50,005 nucleotides of DNA from an uncultured Treponemataceae bacterium (lineage in GTDB: Bacteria > Spirochaetota > Spirochaetia > Treponematales > UBA12059): positions 1-50,005 of the forward strand of contig CAZNNA010000001.1 in NCBI GenBank assembly GCA_964573825.1, given 5' to 3'. Of this stretch, positions 17,621-26,555 are shown in pieces (the stretch's first letter is position 1; the number at the start of each line of letters is the position of its first letter). Under the pieces are notes generated by a model, which saw only the letters and a list, made by a program, of their open reading frames with translations, made no database searches and was not told the DNA's origin. Made by a program: the position numbers and the translations under genes.

Positions 17621-18411
17621 GCTTTCGCGTAGAGGACGGCGCGTTCTGGTACCGCAGCGACCGGGTCCTGTTTTCCGGAGTCGGCTTCGAGCTCGGGCGC
17701 GGCGAGATAGCCGCCATACTCGGCCCCAACGGCGTCGGCAAGACGACCTTCCTGCGCTGCGCCATGGGCCTTCTCCCGTGGCGCCGGGGCCGCTCGACCC
17801 TGAACGGCCGCGACGTCCGGAGCCTGGCCCCGGGGGAGCTCTGGAGGATGGTGGCCTACGTGCCCCAGGCCCGGGCCCTGCCCTTCGCCTTCTCGGTCAT
17901 GGACGTGGCGCTGATGGGGCGGAGCGCCCACCTAGGGGCCTTCTCCCAGCCGGGTCCCGACGACCGGCGCCTGGCGGAGGCGGCGCTCGAGCGCATGGGC
18001 GTGCTTAGGCTCCGCGACAGGCCCTTCGCCGAGCTGAGCGGCGGAGAAGCCCAGATGGTCTTCATCGCCCGGGCCCTGGCGGCCCGCCCCCGGCTCATCG
18101 TCCTCGACGAGCCCGAGTCCCACCTGGACTTCCGTAACCAGCTCGTCATCCTGGGGGCGCTCCGGGATCTGGCCCGCGAGGAGGGCATAGCCTGCGTAGT
18201 CAATACGCACTTTCCCGAGCACGCGCTCCGGATAGCCGATAGGGCGCTGATCCTCGGCAAGGACGGGGCCGGCCACCGCTTCGGCCAGGCCGATGACCTC
18301 ATGGACGAGGAGACCCTCGAGGCCTTCTTCGGCGTACGCGTACGCCGACTGGATTTCTCCGACTCGGGCGAGCCGTACCGCGCGATCTATCCCCTGGAGC
18401 CCGTATGCTGA
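17611..18411 (+). CDS. ABC transporter ATP-binding protein (FepC/FecE/BtuD-like)
   Basis: Walker A GPNGVGKTT, signature LSGGEAQM and Walker B LIVLDEPE. Start overlaps the permease stop. Confidence 0.9.
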   Translation: MELSFRVEDGAFWYRSDRVLFSGVGFELGRGEIAAILGPNGVGKTTFLRCAMGLLPWRRGRSTLNGRDVRSLAPGELWRMVAYVPQARALPFAFSVMDVALMGRSAHLGAFSQPGPDDRRLAEAALERMGVLRLRDRPFAELSGGEAQMVFIARALAARPRLIVLDEPESHLDFRNQLVILGALRDLAREEGIACVVNTHFPEHALRIADRALILGKDGAGHRFGQADDLMDEETLEAFFGVRVRRLDFSDSGEPYRAIYPLEPVC

Positions 18412-19298
18412 GCCCCCGCCCCCGCGACGATTCCGCCCGCCTCTTCGCCGACCTGCGGGCCGGAACGCGCCTTAGGGTCCTCGTGGCCCCCGTAGCCCAG
18501 GCGCGCCTCCCTGAGTTTAACCGTTTCCTCGGCTACCTGCGTTCCCTCGGCGCGCTCTCCTTTCATGCCGTGCTGCCCCGGGCGGATATAGCCGCCTGGC
18601 TGTATTATAGAACGATTACTAAAAGCGATTCTCCCCTCATAGCCTCGGCCTGCGCCGGCGTGACGAGCGGACTCCGGGCGCGGGAGCACCCGGCCCTGCG
18701 TTACCTGCCGCCCATACCGAGCCCCCTCCTCTGCACGGCCATCTACCTGCGGCGCTACCTCGGCTACCGCGAGCCCTTCGCCTTTCTCTCGCCCTGCGCC
18801 CTCAAGTGGACGGAGTTCTCGCCCGGAGGCGTCGAGCTCGTCAGGTACAACGCGACCATACGCGGCATCAAGGCTCGGCTCGAGGCCGAGGGCGTGGACC
18901 TGGGGAGGTTTCCGGAGCTTTACCTGGACGACGAATCGAGGGGCTTGACCGTAGGCGCCTTCGGCGAGCTGGGCGCCTCCCTCGGCGCGGTCCTACCGGG
19001 CCTACGCTGCCTTACGTCGCACGGCCTCGGGCGCTCCCTGGCCCTGCTCGACGATCCCGCGCGCTTTCCCGGCGTCGAGGCCGAGGCCTTGGATCTCCTG
19101 GAACCCTACGCCTGTCCCGCCGGCTGCGACGGGGGCTCCGGCGTCGGGACCTGCGAGGATTGCCCCATGAAGGATGGCGCTCCCGCCTCCTCGCCGGCTC
19201 CGCGTCCTCGCCCCACGAGGGAGGAGCTTCTAGCCCTCTTCGCTCGTATGGACGACGAGCTTCGCTCGGAGGATTTTATCTACGGCTCGGTCGTGTGA
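18405..19298 (+). CDS. minimal [FeFe]-hydrogenase H-domain-like protein (Fe_hyd_lg_C-like) without accessory cluster domains
   Basis: Collinear with the H-domain of the window's own HydA. VAPVAQARL aligns with IAPAVRVAL, IASACAG with FTSCCPAW, PSPLLCTAIYLRR with MSPQAMMGSIIR, LSPCALKWTE with MPCVAKKYE, and YACPAGCDGGSG with MACPGGCVGGAG. Confidence 0.7.
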   Translation: MLSPRPRDDSARLFADLRAGTRLRVLVAPVAQARLPEFNRFLGYLRSLGALSFHAVLPRADIAAWLYYRTITKSDSPLIASACAGVTSGLRAREHPALRYLPPIPSPLLCTAIYLRRYLGYREPFAFLSPCALKWTEFSPGGVELVRYNATIRGIKARLEAEGVDLGRFPELYLDDESRGLTVGAFGELGASLGAVLPGLRCLTSHGLGRSLALLDDPARFPGVEAEALDLLEPYACPAGCDGGSGVGTCEDCPMKDGAPASSPAPRPRPTREELLALFARMDDELRSEDFIYGSVV

Positions 19299-19383
19299 CC
19301 GCATCGGCTCCTCCCTTGCCCCCGCGGTTCAAAAGGACTAGGCTGTAAGGGCCCCCCTAGGGGGGAGGAGCAAGGAGGTCGCC

Positions 19384-20304
19384 ATGGTCCGACGCATAGG
19401 CGCCGCGAGGCCTATCGTCGCCAGGGGAAACCTGGCCCGAGCCCTGGCCGTCAGCGCCTGGCTCCTGGCGCTTTACGCCTGCGGCGCTCGCCAGGCCGCC
19501 GAGCCTGAGGCCCGGCCGGCCGCGCCCTCGCCGCCGGCTCGGAACGACCGCCAGGAGCGCGGCCTCGCGGGAGAGGTAAGCCAGGTGACGACGCGCCTCT
19601 TCAGGCCTCCCCAGGCCTACGGGAGCGATCCGGCGGAACGTAGCGCCTGGACGCTCTGGTCCTACTCAATAGACGGCTACGGTCGCGACGGCTTCCTTAC
19701 CGAGCAGCGCGCCTTCGACGCTCAGAATCGCCTGACTGGCCTGTCGATACGAGAGCGCGATCGAGACGGCGTGCCGAGCGGCCTGGCCATGCGCGGGGCC
19801 GATGGAAGCCTGGAGGCTCGCTGCGCCTATCGCTACGACAAGGCGGGGCGCCTCGTTCGCGAGGAATGGTACGACGGCTCGGGGACGCTGACGGGCTGGT
19901 ACGACTATGAATACGATTCGAAAGGGCGACTAGCCAGGCGCCGTATGGAGACGAGGTATTCCGACGGTAGCGTTGGTCGCATGGAGACTGCCTACGCCCA
20001 TGACGAGCGGGGGCGACTCGTCGCCGAGGATCATATCGACCCTCGCTATGAAGGAGTTTCCCTGCGCCTCGAATACGCCTACGATGGCGAGCGGCTCTCC
20101 CGGACCCTGCACCTGCAGCGCGGGCGTTGGCTCGAGGGAGTCGTCTTCTTCTCCTACGACGCGCGGGGCAACCTGGCGCTCGAGTCGTCGTACCAGATAC
20201 CGGAGAGCGTCGACGACGCTCCGTTCCGCCGGGCCTCGTCGCCTGGTGATGTTCCCATCGCGTACGTGTCGTCGGAACGACGCTACGAGTATCGCTACTA
20301 CTAG
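19384..20304 (+). CDS. lipoprotein with YD/RHS-like repeats
   Basis: Signal peptide with lipobox LALYAC. Repeated YD-type motifs (YDKAGRLVREEWYDGSG, YDYEYDSKGRL, HDERGRLVAED, YDARGNL). AAGGAGG RBS. Confidence 0.6.
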   Translation: MVRRIGAARPIVARGNLARALAVSAWLLALYACGARQAAEPEARPAAPSPPARNDRQERGLAGEVSQVTTRLFRPPQAYGSDPAERSAWTLWSYSIDGYGRDGFLTEQRAFDAQNRLTGLSIRERDRDGVPSGLAMRGADGSLEARCAYRYDKAGRLVREEWYDGSGTLTGWYDYEYDSKGRLARRRMETRYSDGSVGRMETAYAHDERGRLVAEDHIDPRYEGVSLRLEYAYDGERLSRTLHLQRGRWLEGVVFFSYDARGNLALESSYQIPESVDDAPFRRASSPGDVPIAYVSSERRYEYRYY

Positions 20305-21314
20305 GGCGTGGCCGTCCTGGCTACCCTGAAGCCGAGTCGGAAGACCTGGTCGTAGGCTCCTCGGTAGAAGCGTAGGGCCACGCGGCAGTCGTTGGCCCCG
20401 AAGATCCAGCTGCCGCCGCGCATGACGCGGACATGACCCTGCTCGGGTCCCAGCGGGTTGACCTGAGGCTCCTCTCCGTAGGGGCCGTACCAGTCCTGGC
20501 ACCATTCCCAGACGTTGCCGCTCATGTCGAAGACGCCGAGCTGATTCGGCTTCTTACGGCCGACCGGTTGGGTCGACCTGCCCTTGTAGAGCGCCGCGCC
20601 GTGGTTGGTGTAGTCGACCAGGGACTCGCTGCCGATATATATCCATTCGCCGCCGGAGTTGCCCGAGTACCAGGCCACCTCGTCGACGTCGTCGCTGCCG
20701 GAATACTTGAAGCGAGGACTCGCGGGATCGGCCTTATGCCCGCCCATGGCCGCGTACTCCCATTCGGCTTCCGTCGGTAGGCGGTAGCCTTCGACGGCCG
20801 TGATGTCGCGAGTCGGTCGACCCGAGGCGTCGATCAGGCGGTACTCCTTGTCATAGGCGGGACGCAGTCCCTCGAGCGCGCTCAGCCAGTTGCAGTAGTC
20901 GGCCATGTCCCACCAGGTCAGCCGCATCACCGGCCTATCCTCCCGTCCCCAATCGAAGTCGTAGAGCCGGTGACGCCCTACGGCGTCGCAGTAGGCGTCG
21001 AACTGGGTAAAGGTCACCTGATAGGTGCCGAGGAGATAGTCGTAGGTCAAGGTTACCCTATGCACCGGCCTACATTCCGGCCAGAGGTCTCCGTGCTCGT
21101 CCCCCATCGAGAAGGAGCCTGCCTTGACGAGGGTCAGGGCCGGAACGGGATAGGCTCCGGGTTCCGGCTTTTCTTCGCTCCTCGGTGACGAGGCGCAGGA
21201 GGCTCCGGCAAGGCCGAGGGCCGCCAGGAGGAGCGCGGCGCCCAGGCGCCGCGATGTTTTAAGCGCCGTCACGCCACCTGCTCCAAGGCCGGGTGCCGGT
21301 ATTTGCCTGGTCAT
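20301..21314 (-). CDS. formylglycine-generating enzyme (SUMF1/FGE-sulfatase domain) family lipoprotein
   Basis: Lipobox LAGASC. Motifs YRLPTEAEWEYAA, GNVWEWCQDWY and RVMRGGSW. Confidence 0.85.
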   Translation of the reverse strand: MTRQIPAPGLGAGGVTALKTSRRLGAALLLAALGLAGASCASSPRSEEKPEPGAYPVPALTLVKAGSFSMGDEHGDLWPECRPVHRVTLTYDYLLGTYQVTFTQFDAYCDAVGRHRLYDFDWGREDRPVMRLTWWDMADYCNWLSALEGLRPAYDKEYRLIDASGRPTRDITAVEGYRLPTEAEWEYAAMGGHKADPASPRFKYSGSDDVDEVAWYSGNSGGEWIYIGSESLVDYTNHGAALYKGRSTQPVGRKKPNQLGVFDMSGNVWEWCQDWYGPYGEEPQVNPLGPEQGHVRVMRGGSWIFGANDCRVALRFYRGAYDQVFRLGFRVARTATP

Positions 21315-21494
21315 AGAACCTCCTCGTCGCGTATCTCCAAGGGGTAAGCCTCGTGCGAGCGGAACGCGCGCCTAGGTCCTAGGGGCTAACCACGGCGCGG
21401 CGCGGGCTATGAGGCTAGACTGGGCGCGGAGTGCCACGTTCCTATGGAGTCGGGCCCTTGTCAAGCCCTATCCGCTTTCTAGCCCTGGTAGGCG

Positions 21495-23246
21495 TTAGGC
21501 CTCAGGCCTGACCTTCCAGGCATGGGCCTTGCGCTGCTCGTTCCACATGGCCGCGTAGGCGCGGCCCGCTGTCAGGAGCTCTTCGTGACGGCCGCGCTCG
21601 GCTATGCGCCCTTCCTTTAGGACGATGATCTGGTCGGCCCTGGTCACGGTGCTCAGGCGGTGCGCTATCACGATGATCGTGCGGCCCTTGATGAGCTCCG
21701 CTATGGCTTCCTGGATATAGAGTTCGTTCTCCGGGTCGAGCGAGGCCGTGGCCTCGTCCAGGAGCACGATGGGCGCGTCCTTGAGTATGGCCCTGGCTAT
21801 GGAGACGCGCTGCTTCTCGCCGCCTGACAGCGTCGATCCTCCCTCGCCGACCATGGTGTCGTAGCCGTCGGGCAGAGCCGCGATGAAGTCGTGGCAACGG
21901 GCCTGTTTGGCGGCCGCTATGACCTCCTCTATGGTGGCGTCCTTCCTGCCGACGCGTATGTTGGCCAGGATGCTGTCGTTGAAGAGGTAGACGTCCTGGA
22001 AGACCATGCTGACGCTGGCGAGGAGGTCGTCCGTGCGATACTCCGATAAGGGACGGCCGCCGACGAGTACCGAGCCTTCGTTGGTATCCCAGAAGCGCGC
22101 GATGAGTCGAGTTATAGTAGATTTTCCCGACCCTGACGGGCCCACGAGGGCGGTCATGCTGCCCTCGGGTACCGAGAAGCTGATGTTTTTTAGTACGTCC
22201 GTATCGTGGTAGCGGAAGCCGACGCCTCGGAATTCTATGTCGTGACGCTCGGGCGCCGATCCCCGGTCGGGCTCCGGCAGGGGCTTGGTCGCGAAGATGT
22301 CCCGGAGCCTCCGCGCTGATATGGCGTAGTACGATAGCTCGGCGAAGCCTATGAGCACCTTGCTGAGCGGGTCGTACATGCGCGTCCCGACTATCAGGAA
22401 GAAGAGGAAATTCGGCACGGAGAGGCTGCCGTCGACCACGAAGCGGGAACCCGCGAGCATGATCAGGGCCACGCCGGTATAGAGCACGAGCACGCCGAAG
22501 ATCACCGACGGGCCGCTCGAGCCCTCGAGCAGTATGCTCTTCTTCTTCAGATCGACGAAGGAGCGCTCCAGGCGCTGGAATTTATCTCCCTGTAGGTTGT
22601 GGGCCTTGATATGCTTCATGCCGTCCAGGTACTCGAGCATGCGGGACGCCGCCTCGTTCTTGGCCTTGACGTGCTTGGCGCCCAGGAAGGACACGAGGGC
22701 GCGCGAGCCGAGCGCCGCCAGGATCGAGAGCGGTATGGGGGCGAGCGCGATGAGCGTCATGCGCCAGTCTATAGGCAGTAGGAAGGCCGCGAAGACGAGG
22801 GGCAGGGTGAAGGAGCCTATGGCGTCCATGAAGAGGTGGCTGAGCATCGTCTCGACGTTGCCGTAGTCCTGGAGCATCAGCGCCGTAATGTCGCCCGGGT
22901 CTCGGCCCTTGAAGAAGCCCATGGGCAGGCGGCGCAGGTGCTCGCCCAGGGCCAGCCTGCCCTCGCAGGAGAGGGAATAGGCCCCGATATTCTCGACGTT
23001 GTAGGAGGCCCTGCCGACCAGGAAGAGTAGCGCCAGGGACGCGGCGAGCCAGGCGCACAGCCAGGCTAGGGCCTGGACGTCGAGGGCGGTTCCCGGGCTT
23101 GAGAGCGGCTTGAGTAACTCTAGGATAACCATGAGTATGATGAAGTAGGGTTGCCCCTGGAGCATCGACTTGAGGACCTGGAGCCCCAGCGGCTTCCAGA
23201 GCGCCCCGGGCTTGCCGTTGGTTATCGTGTTGAGGAAGCGTTTCAT
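21495..23246 (-). CDS. ABC transporter, fused permease/ATPase half-transporter (B-type, second copy)
   Basis: Six-TM N-terminal domain. GPSGSGKST, LSGGEKQR, LLDEATASLD and VIAHRL. Start at MKRFLN overlaps the upstream stop (ATGA). Confidence 0.9.
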   Translation of the reverse strand: MKRFLNTITNGKPGALWKPLGLQVLKSMLQGQPYFIILMVILELLKPLSSPGTALDVQALAWLCAWLAASLALLFLVGRASYNVENIGAYSLSCEGRLALGEHLRRLPMGFFKGRDPGDITALMLQDYGNVETMLSHLFMDAIGSFTLPLVFAAFLLPIDWRMTLIALAPIPLSILAALGSRALVSFLGAKHVKAKNEAASRMLEYLDGMKHIKAHNLQGDKFQRLERSFVDLKKKSILLEGSSGPSVIFGVLVLYTGVALIMLAGSRFVVDGSLSVPNFLFFLIVGTRMYDPLSKVLIGFAELSYYAISARRLRDIFATKPLPEPDRGSAPERHDIEFRGVGFRYHDTDVLKNISFSVPEGSMTALVGPSGSGKSTITRLIARFWDTNEGSVLVGGRPLSEYRTDDLLASVSMVFQDVYLFNDSILANIRVGRKDATIEEVIAAAKQARCHDFIAALPDGYDTMVGEGGSTLSGGEKQRVSIARAILKDAPIVLLDEATASLDPENELYIQEAIAELIKGRTIIVIAHRLSTVTRADQIIVLKEGRIAERGRHEELLTAGRAYAAMWNEQRKAHAWKVRPEA

Positions 23247-25105
23247 TCTCGATCCTTCGCCTTTCCGGCCGGGGCCGCCGCTTTCTCGAGCTCCCAGCCG
23301 CGCGCCTTGATATGCACGTCCCACATGCCGCGATAGAGGCCGCCCCGCGCCACGAGCTCCTCGTGCGTTCCCGCCTCGGCTATGCGTCCCTTGTCTATGA
23401 CGAGGATGGCGTCGGCGTCGGTGATGGTGTAGAGGCGGTGGGCTATGATGATGACCGTCTTGCCCTGTAGCACCACGGAGAGGGCCTCCTGGATCCTGGC
23501 CTCGTTCTCGGGGTCGGCGTAGGCCGTGGCCTCGTCCAGGACCACGATGGGCGCGTCCTTGAGTATGGCCCGCGCCAAGGCCACGCGCTGTTGTTCCCCG
23601 CCCGATAGGTGGGTGCCGCCTTCGCCTATGCGGGTCGCGTAGCCCTTGGGTAGGCCCTCGATGAAGTCGTGGATCTGCGCCGCCTTGGCGGCCTTGACGA
23701 CCTCGTCGAAGGAGGCCGCAGCGTTACCCATGTGTATATTCTCTTCTATGGTGTCGAAGAAGAGGAACACGTCCTGGAATACGGTGGAGACCATGTCGTT
23801 GAGCCGCGCCACCGGGATGTCCCGGACGTCGACGCCGCCTATGCGTACGGCGCCGGCGCCCACGTCCCAGAATCGGCCGGCTAGGTTGGCTATCGTCGTC
23901 TTGCCGCCGCCCGAGGGCCCCACGAGGGCGGTGACCGTACCGGGCCTCGCGGCGAATGACACGTCCTTGAGTATGTCCGTGTCGCCGTAGGCGAAGGAGG
24001 CGCGGTCGAACTCGACCGAGGCGTCGGCTGGCGTCTTGGGCGAGGATGGCTCGGGAAGCTCGGGGGCCTCGAGGATGTCGTCGATGCACGACAAGCCGGT
24101 CTCTATCTGCCTGGTCAGGGCGGCCAGCCTCATGAGCTTATAGAGGGGTACCGCGATGCCCATGCCCACGTAAAGGAAGAGGAACGTCGTTGAGACGAGC
24201 GTAGCGTAGGCAGGGCCTTCGGCGGAGCGTAACACCAGTATCGCTATCGGGACGACGAAGAGGGCGCTCGAGGATAGGACGGTGAGGAAGCCCGTGAACG
24301 ACGTGGCCGAGACGCGTATCCAGTGTATGGTCAGGTCCCGATAGGCGTAGACGTCGTCGGCGAAGCGCTTGAAGGCGTTGACGCTCTGGTTGAAGACCTT
24401 GACGACGCTCATGCCTCGTATGTACTCGACGATGGTGCCGTTCATCGCCCCGAGCCGCGCCTGCCATTGCTCGTAAAGGCCCATGGACCCTTTGCTGAAC
24501 ATCGACGACTGGGCGATCATGGCGAGGGGCAGGGGAATGGCCACGCCGAGCGCTAGGCGCCAGTCGACGATGAAAAGGGCTACGAGCGTACCGATAGGCA
24601 AGACCGCAGCCTGCACGATATCGATGATGTGGTGGGCCACGAAGAGCTCGATGCGCTCCACGTCATCCGATAGTACCTTCTTGATGCCGCCGTTGGTTCG
24701 CGTGGTGAAGTAGCCCATGGGCAGGCGCGCCAGCTTGGCAGCCAGGGCCTTCCTGATCTCGTAGAGAATATTAAATGCTGCTACGTGGGACATCATGCCG
24801 GCCGCGTAGGTGATGGCGCCGAAGGCCGCCACGCCGCCTATCGTCAGCCAGCCTAGGCGAGCTACGTAGTCCATCCTGATGGCTGCCGGCGCGGTTATGT
24901 TGGCTACGAGCTCCTGGACGAGTAGGAATATCGTGACGTAGGGCGTCATCTGCGCAGCCACGGCCACGATGCCGAGGAGCGAGGCCGCGACGAGGAGCGG
25001 CGCCTTGGTCCCGGCTATCTCGAGGAGCCTGGCTACGCCTTTCTTGCGTCTTGCCTTGAGTTGTGCCTCGAATATCGAGGCGTCCGCCTTGATGGAGTCT
25101 TTCAT
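23243..25105 (-). CDS. ABC transporter, fused permease/ATPase half-transporter (A-type, second copy)
   Basis: GPSGGGKTT, LSGGEQQR, VVLDEATAYAD and IIAHRL. AAGGAGGAG RBS. Confidence 0.9.
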   Translation of the reverse strand: MKDSIKADASIFEAQLKARRKKGVARLLEIAGTKAPLLVAASLLGIVAVAAQMTPYVTIFLLVQELVANITAPAAIRMDYVARLGWLTIGGVAAFGAITYAAGMMSHVAAFNILYEIRKALAAKLARLPMGYFTTRTNGGIKKVLSDDVERIELFVAHHIIDIVQAAVLPIGTLVALFIVDWRLALGVAIPLPLAMIAQSSMFSKGSMGLYEQWQARLGAMNGTIVEYIRGMSVVKVFNQSVNAFKRFADDVYAYRDLTIHWIRVSATSFTGFLTVLSSSALFVVPIAILVLRSAEGPAYATLVSTTFLFLYVGMGIAVPLYKLMRLAALTRQIETGLSCIDDILEAPELPEPSSPKTPADASVEFDRASFAYGDTDILKDVSFAARPGTVTALVGPSGGGKTTIANLAGRFWDVGAGAVRIGGVDVRDIPVARLNDMVSTVFQDVFLFFDTIEENIHMGNAAASFDEVVKAAKAAQIHDFIEGLPKGYATRIGEGGTHLSGGEQQRVALARAILKDAPIVVLDEATAYADPENEARIQEALSVVLQGKTVIIIAHRLYTITDADAILVIDKGRIAEAGTHEELVARGGLYRGMWDVHIKARGWELEKAAAPAGKAKDRE

Positions 25106-25121
25106 TGGATTAATCTCCTCC

Positions 25122-26534
25122 TTAATCCGCTACCGCGATCGGCGCGGCTGTCGATCCCGTTTCCGCTTCCGGCGCGCCGTTCGTGGCTACCCGGGCGCCG
25201 AGGCGCTTGAACTCCGCGAGCACCATGACGAGGGCCAGGAGCACCACCACGGTGTCTATGGCCAGGGAACCTCGGTAGACCCATCCGAGCCCGAAGCGGG
25301 CGGGGACCATGAGCATGACCGGTACGTAGAGGAAGAGCTGGCGCGCTAGTCCCATCATCGCGGCGGGGCCTCCCTTGCCCATGGCGGGATAGAGCGTCAT
25401 GACCATGAAGACGAGGGGCAGCAGCGGAAGGACTGCGATCATGATCCTATAGTTGGCAAGATCTCCCGCCGAGAAGACCGAACCGGGCATCATGAAGCCG
25501 AGGACCGGGGAGGCGAAGGCCGTCAGCGCGGCCCAGAAGGGCACGACGAGGATGGTGGCTATGCCAAGGAAGGTCCAGAAACCGGTCTTGACCCTGTCGT
25601 AGCGGCCGGCGCCGAAGTTAATGCCGACGACCGGCTGGAGCGCCCGCATGAGGCCGAAGATGGGCGTCAGCATGAAGGTCATCAGCCTGAGCGAGGCGCC
25701 GTAGAAGGCGATGTCGAAGCTACCGCCGAGTCGCGATATGACGTTGAAGATTATGGCGCCCTGGATCAGGGTCATGATCGACATGATGAGCGAGGACGAG
25801 CCTGTCGACATGATCTTACCCGCTATCGCCTTGCTCATGCCTATGGCGAAGGGCTTGGCCTCGAACGAGGCCTTGCCTGAGGCCAGGTAGCGGAGTCCTA
25901 CGATGCTGTAGACGAGCATGCCCACGTTGGTGCCCCAGGCGGCGCCCGCGACGCCGAGGCCCAAGGGGCCCATGAAGAGGTAGTTGCAGGCTATGTTGAC
26001 GACGAGCCCGGAGCCCATCATTAATGCGGCCTTGCCCATGCGTCCCTCCGCGCGGACGACCATGTTGACGCCGAGGCCGTGAACGGTGAAGGGCAAGCCC
26101 ACGAGCATGAGCCTGAAGTACCGGAGCGCATGGTCGAGCACCTCTCCCGAGGCGCCCATGAGCCCGAGGAAGGGCTCGGCGATGAGGAGGAGTACGGCTA
26201 TCGCTCCGGCCGAGATGGCCAGCGATAGGCCGTTCAGGTTGGCTATGACCCGCTCCTGCGTCCGCTTGTCTCTCGCCCCTATCGCTATCGAGAGCACCGA
26301 GCCCGCCCCTACGCCGACGAGGGCTCCGAAGCCCATGGCGAAGCTGGTCAGGTTGCCCGCTATGCTGACGCCCGCCAAGGCCGACTCTCCGCAGTAGCGA
26401 CCGACGAAGACCGCGTCCATGACGCCGTTGAAGCCGTAGAGTAGCATGGCGATGATGGCGGGCGGCGATAGCCGCCAGGCCACCTTCCAGAGGCTGTCTC
26501 CCAGGATCATGCGTCGTTGAGTATCAGTATCCAT
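25122..26534 (-). CDS. MATE family efflux transporter
   Basis: 470 aa with about 12 hydrophobic helices and a typical MATE N-terminus (LWKVAWRLSPPAIIAMLLYGFNGVMDAVFVGR). AAGGAGAG RBS. Confidence 0.9.
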   Translation of the reverse strand: MDTDTQRRMILGDSLWKVAWRLSPPAIIAMLLYGFNGVMDAVFVGRYCGESALAGVSIAGNLTSFAMGFGALVGVGAGSVLSIAIGARDKRTQERVIANLNGLSLAISAGAIAVLLLIAEPFLGLMGASGEVLDHALRYFRLMLVGLPFTVHGLGVNMVVRAEGRMGKAALMMGSGLVVNIACNYLFMGPLGLGVAGAAWGTNVGMLVYSIVGLRYLASGKASFEAKPFAIGMSKAIAGKIMSTGSSSLIMSIMTLIQGAIIFNVISRLGGSFDIAFYGASLRLMTFMLTPIFGLMRALQPVVGINFGAGRYDRVKTGFWTFLGIATILVVPFWAALTAFASPVLGFMMPGSVFSAGDLANYRIMIAVLPLLPLVFMVMTLYPAMGKGGPAAMMGLARQLFLYVPVMLMVPARFGLGWVYRGSLAIDTVVVLLALVMVLAEFKRLGARVATNGAPEAETGSTAAPIAVAD

Positions 26535-26555
26535 GGTTCTCTCTCCTTATCGTGT

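Noticed and set aside
19352-19365. Perfect palindrome CCCCCCTAGGGGGG after the HydA-like gene as a terminator
   Set aside because: It has no loop and no trailing T-run, so it may not form a functional intrinsic terminator. It is noted only as a possible operon boundary.
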